Source: Alphaproteobacteria bacterium (GTDB lineage: Bacteria > Pseudomonadota > Alphaproteobacteria > MPNO01 > UBA2964). From it: a DNA stretch of 64,000 nt. Below, in pieces: positions 48,221 to 57,298 of the stretch (its first letter is position 1; each line of letters starts with the position of its first letter). The position numbers and the translations under genes were made by a program. The stretch is taken from contig JBMYRG010000018.1 of assembly GCA_049602055.1 (NCBI GenBank), positions 2,089 to 66,088 of the forward strand. Direction: 5' to 3'. The notes below the pieces were generated by a model, which saw nothing but the letters and a program-made list of their open reading frames with translations, was not told the DNA's origin and did not search any database.

Positions 48221-48309
48221 GACGTTCGTATCCCGTTAGCGGCCTGTTGGTCGGCCTCTTTTTGTATCGCTAAAGGCTACGCTCCCGAATTCAATCGATC
48301 AAGGCGAGG

Positions 48310-48987
48310 TCACTTCTGAATAAAAGGCGGTGGCGGATCGAGCTCGGTCCGGTCGTCATTGCCGGGCCGCAAAATGATTTTGGGGACTTCCTTATTGCGC
48401 CGTACCATCTTGTAAAGTTTGTCCCACAAACGCTTAATGCCCCGGATAATTTTGGGCATCAGCCAGATCGCGAGTGCTATAAAGATTGCCAGCAATACCA
48501 GGAACACTATTGGGTTCAGCGCGGCAAGCACCACCCCGCCGATCACGATACCGTCCTCAATAACGGAGGCTGTCCAATTGGAAAACGGTTCTGGTGAGGT
48601 GTTGATCAGAATCCGGGAGCCGGCTTTAAGGGCGCGACTGCCGGCCGCAACGCCTCCACCGAGGAGGAGCGCGGCGATCTACACTTCGGGACTGACTTCG
48701 CCGACCGCCCCGGCAGCGAGGGCTGCCCCGGCGGGAACACGAATAAAGGTATGGAGCGTGTCCCAGGTGCTGTCGACACCGTGGATTTTGTCGGCAACAA
48801 ATTCAACGCAATACATGAACCCGGCAGCGGCAATTACCACAGGGTGTTGAAGGATCTGCAAATCCGGTGGCAGGTCCAAATTACCCGTCACACCTAATAT
48901 GCCGAGCGTTGCGACGGCGGCATATAGGTTGAGTCCACTTGCCCATGCGACGCCGAGCGCCAGGGTAATTGCTGCAGAAAGTTCCAT
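48310..48987 (-). pseudogene. DUF4126 family membrane protein interrupted by a single in-frame TAG
   Basis: ORFs 48679-48987 and 48310-48546 plus the piece between them form one continuous frame except for TAG at 48679-48681: MELSAAITLALGVAWASGLNLYA…SPEV*IAALLLGGGVAAGSRALKAGSRILINTSPEPFSNW…WLMPKIIRGIKRLWDKL, the DUF4126 layout. Confidence 0.55.
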
Positions 48988-49146
48988 TTCCCACTCAACT
49001 CCAAAACCTAAAGTAAAGGTTGGCGCCGAACCTCAAGAATGTAAGCCTAATGATCATCTTGTCAGCAGAGGTAGGGAGGGCATAGCCTTGTTGTGCAGTA
49101 TAAGGCATGTTCGGGGTTTGGTTCTATGGCAGACGGGAATAAGGGA

Positions 49147-49536
49147 ATGAAAATTCGGCATACGATGATCCGCGTGGCGGATTTGCAACGTTCTGTGGAT
49201 TTTTACACGCAGCATCTGGGCATGGACCTCATGCGGCAGCGCACCAGTGAGGAGCGGGGCGAGCGTGTTGCCTATGTTGGGTATGGTGATGAAGACAGTA
49301 ATCACGCTCTGGAAATAGTCGAAATGATGGAGCCCCCTGCTGAGTATGTTCACGGCAATACATATGGCCATGTCGCGCTCCTGGTCGAAAACGTCCAGGA
49401 GATGAGCGACCAGCTAAAGAGTGCCGGTGTTGAGTTCGCGCACGAACCGCATTATGTCCGGGCCGGAAACCCCAATATGATTGCCTTTATCAAAGACCCT
49501 GATGGCTACGAAATTGAGCTGACGGAACGGCGATAG
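49147..49536 (+). CDS. gloA: lactoylglutathione lyase (glyoxalase I)
   Basis: Aligns with E. coli GloA ([21 protein letters not shown] / MKIRHTMIRVADLQRSVDFYT; …YGHVAL…DPDGYEIEL). Confidence 0.85.
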   Translation: MKIRHTMIRVADLQRSVDFYTQHLGMDLMRQRTSEERGERVAYVGYGDEDSNHALEIVEMMEPPAEYVHGNTYGHVALLVENVQEMSDQLKSAGVEFAHEPHYVRAGNPNMIAFIKDPDGYEIELTERR

Positions 49537-49547
49537 GATAGGGCGAG

Positions 49548-49943
49548 TCAGCGATTCCACTCGCTGAGTTTGCCGTTGGAAAAAATTGCCCGTGAATTGA
49601 AAATTTCATCGGGAAGTGGAAAATCTGTGTCTTCGTCGGGCGACTCGCAGTTATGCGGCCAACCGCAGCCAAAAAACCATTGTTCTGTCTTTGCACTATA
49701 TTGCTGAATATAGGCAGGCTTACCCCAGGCTGCGATGATTTGTTCTTTGGTCATATCCTTGTGCAACTGCATGCGCCCAATCGCAATGGCAATTGCCGGA
49801 TCAAGCGAGGGGTTTGCTGCGAGATAGGCCTGCACGCGCTCCTGGGCTATCGTGAGATCGGTTTTCAGGCTTCCACCTGCACAACCACTTAATAAAGCGC
49901 CGAAAATAAGAATTGTGCCAATGCGACGAGCAGAAAGAGCCAT
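49548..49943 (-). CDS. hypothetical lipoprotein
   Basis: Signal peptide with lipobox LLSGC, then a roughly 105-aa domain. No family recognised. Confidence 0.45.
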   Translation of the reverse strand: MALSARRIGTILIFGALLSGCAGGSLKTDLTIAQERVQAYLAANPSLDPAIAIAIGRMQLHKDMTKEQIIAAWGKPAYIQQYSAKTEQWFFGCGWPHNCESPDEDTDFPLPDEIFNSRAIFSNGKLSEWNR

Positions 49944-50036
49944 GTCTGACCTCCCGATTTTCAATCTCCTCTATACACCGGATATAGGGTGTTCAGACCG
50001 AAATAATATATCCAGCACAAAAATTTGATTGATCGT

Positions 50037-50855
50037 CTAGGCGACCGGATTTTCGTCGAGGATTGTCATGCGCCGCAGCAAACGCCGTTTTTCAGGGTCA
50101 TAATGCTGACGGGCATGAGCTGTGCAGCGGTTATCCCAAAGAACCAAATCGTTCACCTGCCAGACATGTTCATAGACGTTTCGCGGGCTCTCGATGAGGT
50201 CAAACAGATAGTTGAGAATCTCATCGCTTTCTTCTTGATCTACTTCATTGATCCGGATCGTCATGAGACGATTTACATAGATCGTTTTCCGTCCTGTTTC
50301 GGGGTGAGTCCGGAAAACAGGGTGTGAATGCTGTGGTGCATCGGGATCAATCTCGTCCGGTCGCATGCTGGGGTTTGTCGCGTAGTTGAAATAGTTGAGC
50401 GCGGTTTTGCCTTCGAGGCGCTTCTTCCATTCATCGCTCAATTGGTCATAGGCCGCGCAACAGTTAGCGAAACTCGTATTGCCGCCAACATCGGGGATTT
50501 CGATCGAATATAAAGTGGAGGCTTTGCAGGGGCGCTCGGCATAGGCCTGATCGCAGTGAAACATCATCTCGCCAAGCTGTACGGCGGTGTCCAGCTTGGG
50601 GTCGTCCTTGTTGGTGACAAACAGGAATTTGGAATCCGAATTTCTTGAGGTAAGCCCGGCGATCTCACCAAAGGTTCTGCAAAATCGTTCCTGCTCTTCT
50701 TCGGTAAGCTCCTGACCGCGGAGCACCAGAACCATGTGTTCCTGCCAGGCCTGCTTGAGAGCTTGCGCGTCATTTGCCGGTATCTCCCGGGTTAAATCGA
50801 GTCCGGAAACGATAGCGCCTGCCGCATCGGATAATTTTTCTACACTTATTGCCAT
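50037..50855 (-). CDS. TauD/TfdA family Fe(II)/2-oxoglutarate-dependent dioxygenase
   Basis: HCD (HxD) iron ligands and C-terminal His in WDNRCTAHAR; 272 aa from MAISVEKL. The upstream extension looks spurious. Confidence 0.75.
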   Translation of the reverse strand: MAISVEKLSDAAGAIVSGLDLTREIPANDAQALKQAWQEHMVLVLRGQELTEEEQERFCRTFGEIAGLTSRNSDSKFLFVTNKDDPKLDTAVQLGEMMFHCDQAYAERPCKASTLYSIEIPDVGGNTSFANCCAAYDQLSDEWKKRLEGKTALNYFNYATNPSMRPDEIDPDAPQHSHPVFRTHPETGRKTIYVNRLMTIRINEVDQEESDEILNYLFDLIESPRNVYEHVWQVNDLVLWDNRCTAHARQHYDPEKRRLLRRMTILDENPVA

Positions 50856-50902
50856 GGTGCCTGTTGCCCTGTTGGGTTTATCATTTGAGTTAATCATTTT
50901 AT

Positions 50903-50914
50903 GGGGCGCGCCCC
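50903..50914. promoter_or_regulatory. perfect 12-bp GC palindrome GGGGCGCGCCCC in the divergent TauD/OCD promoter region
   Basis: Read directly from sequence. Lies between the start codons at 50855 (-) and 50937 (+). Confidence 0.3.
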
Positions 50915-50936
50915 GTGAACATAAAGGGAGAGCCAG

Positions 50937-51995
50937 TTGGCTATTATAATTAGTGATGACGATGTGCGAAAGCACCTGACTATGGCCGAATGCATCGAGG
51001 CAATGGGTATTTGTTTTGGTGATTTTGCTCAAGGAAAAGCCAAGACCCTGCCACGGCTCCGCTATCGCGTTGATGCCCCGGATGATTCCGGGCGTGAATA
51101 TTTTAGCAATGTTCATGTCGGTGCCGTTCCGAGTTATGGCATGGCGTGCGTCCGAGCGGGATCCAATATGTTGGTGAAAGGCGGTGCGCCGGGTCGCAAA
51201 ACCATGAGCAGTCCGGATTCAACCAACTGGACAGTGATTATTCTGTATGACTTAAATACCGCGGAACCCGTCGCTTTTATGCATGAATCCTATATGAGTG
51301 GGGTGCGAGTCGGTGCGACAACCGGTGTTGCTGTCGATAAAGTCGCCCGTGATGATGTGACAGAGCTTGGTCTTTTGGGTACCGGGCGGCAGGCGCGGTC
51401 GAATTGCGAAGCCATTTGTACAGCGCGGCCTTCGATCAAGCGCGTGAAAGTTTTTAGCCCGACGAAGGAAAACCGAGAAGCCTTCCCTAGCCAAGTTCAA
51501 TTGGAGGGGGTTGAGATTGTCCCTGTTGGGAGTGCGGACGAGGTTGTGGTGGGCGCTGATATCGTCTGCTCCATGACGAATTCAACAACGCCGACATTTG
51601 ATGGAAACCTTCTGGTGCCGGGTCAAATGGTTATCTCGGTGGCCAATTCTGATGTCACCCTCAAGCGCCATGAGGTGGATGATACGACTTTCAAAAGGGC
51701 ATCGGACATCATCATCAATGACTGGGAAAGTGTTGTCTCGAATCAGCAGACCGAACTTCTTGACCTGATCGATAGTGGGACCGTGGACCGAGACCGTATT
51801 TTCGAACTTGGTATGCTCTGCACGGGTGACGCCACGGTCAAGCAAACCAAAGACAATATTGTGTATTACAAAAACAATACGGGACTTGGCATGCAATTCG
51901 CCGCCGCCGGTGCCGTGGTCTACAACAAGATGAAGGGGGATGATACCAATCGGGTTGTGCCGCCCGAATGGCTGGCAGCGGAGGAATATGCCTAA
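50937..51995 (+). CDS. ornithine cyclodeaminase / mu-crystallin family protein (OCD; opine/ketimine dehydrogenase-like)
   Basis: OCD-family layout with Rossmann GLLGTGRQA. TTG start 6 nt after GGGAG. Confidence 0.75.
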   Translation: MAIIISDDDVRKHLTMAECIEAMGICFGDFAQGKAKTLPRLRYRVDAPDDSGREYFSNVHVGAVPSYGMACVRAGSNMLVKGGAPGRKTMSSPDSTNWTVIILYDLNTAEPVAFMHESYMSGVRVGATTGVAVDKVARDDVTELGLLGTGRQARSNCEAICTARPSIKRVKVFSPTKENREAFPSQVQLEGVEIVPVGSADEVVVGADIVCSMTNSTTPTFDGNLLVPGQMVISVANSDVTLKRHEVDDTTFKRASDIIINDWESVVSNQQTELLDLIDSGTVDRDRIFELGMLCTGDATVKQTKDNIVYYKNNTGLGMQFAAAGAVVYNKMKGDDTNRVVPPEWLAAEEYA

Positions 51996-52011
51996 CTCAA
52001 GGGGGTAGCGT

Positions 52012-53001
52012 ATGCAGTATCGCGAATTCGGCCAGTCCGGCCACAAACTGTCCCGCATAGGACTCGGTTGTTTCAGCATGTCAGGGGCCTATGGGGCTGC
52101 AGATGATGCTGAATCAATCGCGACCATCCATCAGGCGATGGAACGTGGCGTAAATCTTCTCGATACATCAGCGCGCTATGGTGGCGGGCACAATCATCGT
52201 CTCATTGGTGAAGCCATAAAAGGTCGCCGGGATAAGGTCTTTATTCATTCCAAGACTGGCACGATCCGCGATGAAAATGATCGTAGTGTTGCGGCCGGCA
52301 GCGGTACCCCTGACCGGTTGCGGGAAATATGCGAGCTCAGTCTTAAAAATCTGGGTGTCGATTATCTCGATGCGATGTGCCAGTCGCGGGTAGATCCAAC
52401 GATCCCGATTGAAGAATCCGTTGGCGCCGTGGCGCGGTTGGTTGAAGAGGGGAAGGTCCGTTTTATCGGTCTGTCAGAAGCGGCGCCGGACACTGTGCGC
52501 CGGGCAAGCAAGGTCCATCCGATTGTGTCGCTCCAGTTTGAATATTCCCTATGGACCCGTGATGTTGAAGAAGGTCACCGCGATGCTTGTGATGAGCTCG
52601 GTATGGCACTGATGGCCTATGCGCCGCTCGGCTATGGATTTCTCACCGGCGTGGTTGATAAAGCGGGGTCACAGTCAGAAGACGATATTCGCGGCAAGTT
52701 TCCCCGGTTCTACGAAGAAAATTTCGACGCCAATCGCGAGCGCGTAAAGCAGCTCGAAACGTTCGCGGCGGATAAGGGCGTGACCGCGGCACAAATCTCT
52801 CTCGCCTGGCTTCTCGCCCAAAACGACAATGTGTTTCCCATCCCGGGCTGCAAAAGCAGGAAGCATCTTGATGAAAACCTCGACGCGATTAATGTTGAGC
52901 TGACGGCTACTGATCTCGCGCGGTTATCGGAAATTTTTCCAAAGGATGTGGCAGCGGGGACACGCTATCCGCCCGGCGGCATGCAGCGCGTAAATTTGTG
53001 A
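52012..53001 (+). CDS. aldo/keto reductase
   Basis: AKR (alpha/beta)8 motifs (…LDTSARYGGG…IGLSEAAPDTVRRA…). RBS GGGGG. Confidence 0.85.
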   Translation: MQYREFGQSGHKLSRIGLGCFSMSGAYGAADDAESIATIHQAMERGVNLLDTSARYGGGHNHRLIGEAIKGRRDKVFIHSKTGTIRDENDRSVAAGSGTPDRLREICELSLKNLGVDYLDAMCQSRVDPTIPIEESVGAVARLVEEGKVRFIGLSEAAPDTVRRASKVHPIVSLQFEYSLWTRDVEEGHRDACDELGMALMAYAPLGYGFLTGVVDKAGSQSEDDIRGKFPRFYEENFDANRERVKQLETFAADKGVTAAQISLAWLLAQNDNVFPIPGCKSRKHLDENLDAINVELTATDLARLSEIFPKDVAAGTRYPPGGMQRVNL

Positions 53002-53091
53002 CCGGGTTTGAATCGGCCTGAGTTCATTGATAGTTGTTAGCGCTTGATAAGCAATTCAATTGCCGTAACAGAAAAATAAACAAGGAGCCGG

Positions 53092-53670
53092 ATGATGGGA
53101 CAATATTCACTACCTGCTTTTAACGAGTTTATTGCGGATCTGCGGGCGCATTTTGCCAAGGGGTTACCCGAGGTAGAGCAATGGGAAGGCGTCCGGCCTT
53201 TGCTGCAGACATTGGTTTCTGATGAGCAACTGCGTGAGGTCTCAAAGGGTTGGGAGCGGAAAAAAGGCCGCGAGTACATCCTGCATCATGACCCGGATTA
53301 TGATTTTTTTGTTGGGGCGTTGGTCCGCGAACCAAAGCACACGGCGACCGCCCATGATCACGGTCCGACCTGGACGATCTACGGTGTTCTCGACGGTGAT
53401 GAAGTGACCCATGTCTATGACCGGATTGATGATGGCAGCAAGCCCGACTATGCCGAATTGAAATTGAAAGTCCGGTCGGAAGCACCGGCCGGCACCGTTG
53501 ACGTCGTACCACCGCATATTCCACACGCCGAAAATGGCGCCAGCCCGCGTTCTGTGGCGATAACCGTTCGGACGACCAAGCCGGGCAGCTATGATCAGAT
53601 CATGTTTAATCTCGAGACGGGAAAAACGGGGATATCCCGTGGCTTGGATTTGGTGCCGCTGGCAGTTTAG
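53092..53670 (+). CDS. cysteine-dioxygenase-like thiol dioxygenase (cupin)
   Basis: AHDHGPTW aligns with mammalian CDO IHDHTDSH (His86/His88), and PHIPHAEN with the third-His region LHRVEN. 192 aa. RBS AGGAG. Confidence 0.5.
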   Translation: MMGQYSLPAFNEFIADLRAHFAKGLPEVEQWEGVRPLLQTLVSDEQLREVSKGWERKKGREYILHHDPDYDFFVGALVREPKHTATAHDHGPTWTIYGVLDGDEVTHVYDRIDDGSKPDYAELKLKVRSEAPAGTVDVVPPHIPHAENGASPRSVAITVRTTKPGSYDQIMFNLETGKTGISRGLDLVPLAV

Positions 53671-53691
53671 TACCAGAGAAGGAGGCCGTTT

Positions 53692-54429
53692 ATGAAGGGC
53701 GAACAAATTCACGGCCATCGTGCGCGTATTGGCTACACGGTGGCAGCCGTCACGACCGAGGTTTATCCGATAGACTGGTATCGCGTTGTCCCGGATGGGG
53801 TGTCGCTTATGATGATTACCCTGCCGCTTGGCGAAAGGTCTCCGGAAGATGTTGAGAAGTGCTACCAGATTTCGATTGAGTCGGCGCATACCATGGCGCG
53901 TGCCGGGGCAGATTTGGTCCTGCTGGGAGGATTGCCGATCAATATCTCCAAGGGTGACGATACCGTCGATGAGCTCATGCAAAACTTGGAGAATGAAATC
54001 GGCGTGAAGATGTCGTGCTCTGCTTTGGCTCAGGTTAACGCGTTCGCGGCACTCGGCTCAAAGAAGGTTTGTATCGTTCATCCATTCTTAGAGGATCAAA
54101 GTCCCCGTCATGGAAACCATATGAGTGGTTTCTTTGGGTTGGAGCCAACAGGTGTATATGCTGGCGGTTCCAGTCTCGTTGCTCTCGGGACGTTACCGCC
54201 GGATCGCGCGCTTGAATGGGGCCGCGCAGCGTTGGCGGCCAATCCCGACGCTGACACGCTTTATTTTAGTTGTCCGCACTGGACCGTAATTGATGCCATC
54301 CAGCCGCTGGAGGACGAATTCGGCATCAACGTGATGACGTCTCTGCAGGCGATCGCCTGGGAGTCGATGCGAAAGACCGGGATCGATGATCGTTTTGAGG
54401 GATTTGGCCGCCTGCTGCGTGAGTTTTAA
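53692..54429 (+). CDS. Asp/Glu/hydantoin racemase superfamily protein (maleate isomerase / arylmalonate decarboxylase-like)
   Basis: 245 aa. Two-lobed racemase-like pattern with conserved Cys regions (MSCSAL…, FSCPHWT). RBS GGAGG. Confidence 0.55.
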   Translation: MKGEQIHGHRARIGYTVAAVTTEVYPIDWYRVVPDGVSLMMITLPLGERSPEDVEKCYQISIESAHTMARAGADLVLLGGLPINISKGDDTVDELMQNLENEIGVKMSCSALAQVNAFAALGSKKVCIVHPFLEDQSPRHGNHMSGFFGLEPTGVYAGGSSLVALGTLPPDRALEWGRAALAANPDADTLYFSCPHWTVIDAIQPLEDEFGINVMTSLQAIAWESMRKTGIDDRFEGFGRLLREF

Positions 54430-54545
54430 ACTCGGTTGGTCGGGGTCGGGGCAACATTGATCATTGGCTTGTCATTCGGCAGCAATTTGCAGAGACCGCT
54501 GTCGTAGTGTCGGTTTGTCAAACAGGTGGCTACAATTACTGAGAA

Positions 54546-55451
54546 ATGCAGATGTCAGATGTAAATTCACCCAGGATGTCAGTGTCGCCTCTTGAAGGCG
54601 GAATCGGGGCAGGGATGTCGGGGATTGATTTGTCCCGACCACTAGGTGACGGAGCATTTCGGCTTATCAATGAGACCTTTGAGCAATATCGCCTTCTCGT
54701 ATTTCACGGGCAGGCCCTGTCGGTCAAACAACAGGTCGCGTTTAGCGAGCGGTTTGGTCGCCTTGAAAAATTCCCCGATCCCAAGGACCAGGCAGAAGGA
54801 TATGAAACCGTCCTCAGGGTTTCAAATATCGATCGTGATACTGGAAATATTAAGCCGGTCGATGATCCCGGACATAAATCCTTCACGCTTGGAACGTCCT
54901 CATGGCATATCGATAGCTCGTTCAGAACACTGCCTTCCCGGGCCTCTTTATTGTACGGCAAAGAAATTCCGGCGGAAGGCGGTGATACGATGTTCGCTGA
55001 CACGACTTTCGCTTATGACGCTTTACCAGAAGACCGGCGCGCCGAGCTGCATAACTTGATTGTCGTTCATGATTTTGAGGAAACCCGGCGTCGCCACAAG
55101 CTGCCACCGCGGCCGCCCGAGGTACAGTCCGCGACTCCACCGGCCCGCCATCCACTTGTTACCCAACGCGAGAATGGACGACGGGCGCTTTTTATTGGTT
55201 CACATGCCGCGGGCATTGACGGTTTGTCCTATGAGGACGCCCGTGCGCTAATCGATGAACTGGAAACATTGGCAAATGCGCCAGATTGTACCTATCGTCA
55301 TAAATGGCGGCCCGGGGATTTGGTGATGTTTGATAATATCTGCGTTATGCACCAGGCGATGCCATACGATCTGGTCAATTCGCGTCGCCTACTCCATCGA
55401 ACAACGGTGGCGGGGGAAAGGCCGCTCGCCAGGGTGGGCTCAGAACTCTGA
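54546..55451 (+). CDS. TauD/TfdA family Fe(II)/2-oxoglutarate-dependent dioxygenase
   Basis: WHIDSSF (HxD) and FDNICVMHQA (distal His); 301 aa. Confidence 0.8.
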   Translation: MQMSDVNSPRMSVSPLEGGIGAGMSGIDLSRPLGDGAFRLINETFEQYRLLVFHGQALSVKQQVAFSERFGRLEKFPDPKDQAEGYETVLRVSNIDRDTGNIKPVDDPGHKSFTLGTSSWHIDSSFRTLPSRASLLYGKEIPAEGGDTMFADTTFAYDALPEDRRAELHNLIVVHDFEETRRRHKLPPRPPEVQSATPPARHPLVTQRENGRRALFIGSHAAGIDGLSYEDARALIDELETLANAPDCTYRHKWRPGDLVMFDNICVMHQAMPYDLVNSRRLLHRTTVAGERPLARVGSEL

Positions 55452-55481
55452 CGACAATCCAGCAATAAACATATGAAAAAC

Positions 55482-55510
55482 TGGTCGGAGTGAGAGGATT
55501 TGAACCTCCA
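55482..55510 (-). other. isolated 3'-end fragment of a tRNA gene (T-arm + acceptor 3' strand + CCA): att-site-like direct-repeat remnant
   Basis: The minus strand reads TGGAGG-TTCAAAT-CCTCT-CACTCCG-A-CCA, a canonical T-stem/TΨC loop, acceptor 3' strand, discriminator and CCA. The sequence further 5' (55511-55560) has no D-arm, anticodon arm or matching 5' acceptor strand. Confidence 0.6.
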
Positions 55511-55568
55511 CAATAATGATGTTCGGGGTATCCTGTTGATACCGGACGAAACAACTTATTTCCCGTAT

Positions 55569-56201
55569 TTATCTGAAAAAAAAGGATAATTTGTTTCTCC
55601 TCCTTTCATCCGGGCCTAATATGAGCGTAACGGGTGTTTCCAGAACAAACGGCGTCTCATCATATACATAGGAGATGGGAGCGTCCGTCGTTAGGCGTAG
55701 CGTCAGGTCTGGCATAACATATCGGATGTGATTAGAGCCCCGTGTGCGTTTGGGCTCGCCTTTGCCATACTCATATAATGGGTGAAGCCCGACCTGAATT
55801 CTTGGCGTACCGCTGAGCGGACGAATATGACGAACGATCATTGTTGGCCTGAAAACCCGGCCAAACTGTTTGAACCGAGGTACAAAATCGGTGATTTCTA
55901 TGGCATTGCCAATTTCGTCATAGAGAGTAGTGACCAAAACGGCGGAGTTTCGACGGTAGCACTGCGTCGCCGTGCTTTGCCCTAACAAAGATACAACATA
56001 GGTACCTAAGCTGTTCTCCCTGTCGTTATTTAAAAGAGAACAAAAAACAGGATCTCCATCAAAGCGAGGCATGCAGGCCCATACAATCCGAGCTTGCGAG
56101 TCAACCAAAGCTGAGATAGCGCAATTCCCAATTACCGCTATATCTAGATTGGAGTTCAACGACCTGGCTTCCCATAGTTTTTTGTGATCGCGCGTAACCA
56201 C
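55569..56201 (-). pseudogene. glycoside hydrolase family 15 (glucoamylase-like, trehalose-operon associated) N-terminal fragment
   Basis: LDIAVIGNCAISALVDSQARIVWACMPRFDGDPVF matches the GH15 N-terminal domain. Only about 210 aa of an expected roughly 600. Overlaps the otsB stop. Confidence 0.5.
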
Positions 56202-56923
56202 TGATGAACCGAATTCACATCCGAGAGTCGATATCTTGCCTCAGTTTCTTTTTCATCTCCGACGAGAATAGACATTCCTCCTTTCTGATTTACGAAACGA
56301 AACCCGTCTTCATCTGTCACGTCGTCGCCAAGAAAAATTGGAGTTTTGTTTAAAAAAGGCTGCTCGTTCATAAAGGCTGCTATTGCATTACCTTTATCGA
56401 CGTCGCGGGGCTTAATTTCGAAAACCATTTTACCGGCATAATAGTGAAGCGCTTCATTGTCTGACGTTAAACGTTGAACAAGATTCTGCGCTTTTTCATG
56501 CAATTCCGGTGCCAACCGAAAATGTAGGGCGAGCGCGGCACCTTTGTCCTCAATTAGTATGCCCCGATTTTTGTTCGCGAAAGCCCTCAACGGTTCATGA
56601 AGGCCGTGCAATGCATTTCCGATATCTGACGTTTTACGGTCACCAAATGCATTGCGTCTCTCTAACCCGTGCTGCCCGGCAACAGGCAGGCGCAATGGCG
56701 AAAATATTTCGTCGATATTATTGATGGTACGCCCACTTATGAATGCCAAGGCGCCTCTATAGTGGTCATTTAAAGTCGTTAACACCTTTGTCAGGCTCGG
56801 TGCGAGCTTCACCGCTTCCGGGCGCTCTGCGATTTCGAGCAACGTACCATCCACATCTAAGAACAAGGCCGTCGAAAGCGGTATATCCTGTGGTGGGGTC
56901 GGCAAAAATCTCTTGCGATCCAA
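56156..56923 (-). CDS. otsB: trehalose-6-phosphate phosphatase (HAD-IIB)
   Basis: FLDVDGTL motif I, ISGR motif II, GDDVTDE motif IV; 255 aa. Confidence 0.8.
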   Translation of the reverse strand: MDRKRFLPTPPQDIPLSTALFLDVDGTLLEIAERPEAVKLAPSLTKVLTTLNDHYRGALAFISGRTINNIDEIFSPLRLPVAGQHGLERRNAFGDRKTSDIGNALHGLHEPLRAFANKNRGILIEDKGAALALHFRLAPELHEKAQNLVQRLTSDNEALHYYAGKMVFEIKPRDVDKGNAIAAFMNEQPFLNKTPIFLGDDVTDEDGFRFVNQKGGMSILVGDEKETEARYRLSDVNSVHQWLRAITKNYGKPGR

Positions 56924-57067
56924 AAATTATGTCCTCTATTGATTTACGTCATGTCCTTGCGTTTACGACGCGAGAAATTTTTAGGCTATTGATCTGGTCC
57001 GTCAGCTTACAGTCAAATTGACTACCGCTTCAATGTACTGGTTAAAAAATAATCAAAAAGATAATTA

Positions 57068-57084
57068 TGATTAAAATTTAATCA
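57068..57084. promoter_or_regulatory. 17-bp perfect inverted repeat TGATTAAAaTTTAATCA in the AT-rich divergent region (possible operator)
   Basis: Read from sequence. About 215 bp upstream of the ABC substrate-binding-protein start and 145 bp upstream of the otsB start. Confidence 0.3.
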
Positions 57085-57298
57085 CATAAATTACACTCCT
57101 TGTTCTAAAAAGTTTTGAAAAAAGGGAAAAATTACCCGGTTTTATACAAGTATTTGATTTTTATGAAAAAAATAGATGGCGTCATTTCGAATTTAATTTT
57201 TTGCCGTTGGCACGCCCCTTGCATATAGAAGTCTCTAAAGTTTGAAATCTGGTCAAATCATTCGGGTAATAACCCATTACAGATAAGGAATATGGAAA

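Noticed and set aside
53242-53982. 246-aa minus-strand ORF overlapping the CDO-like and racemase-like genes
   Set aside because: Antisense to two co-oriented genes that have good RBSs and family motifs; it has none.
55511-55560. Attempt to extend the tRNA 3' fragment into a complete tRNA gene
   Set aside because: The upstream 50 nt contain no 5' acceptor strand complementary to CACTCCG (CGGAGTG), and no D- or anticodon stem-loops. Only the terminal 29 nt are tRNA-like.
56924-57298. Possible TPP riboswitch upstream of the NMT1/THI5-like substrate-binding protein (ThiY-type transporters often have one)
   Set aside because: I looked for the conserved CUGAGA / ACCUGAUCUGGAUAAUGCCAGCG core elements on the plus strand and found none. 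The region is simply AT-rich with one 17-bp palindrome.
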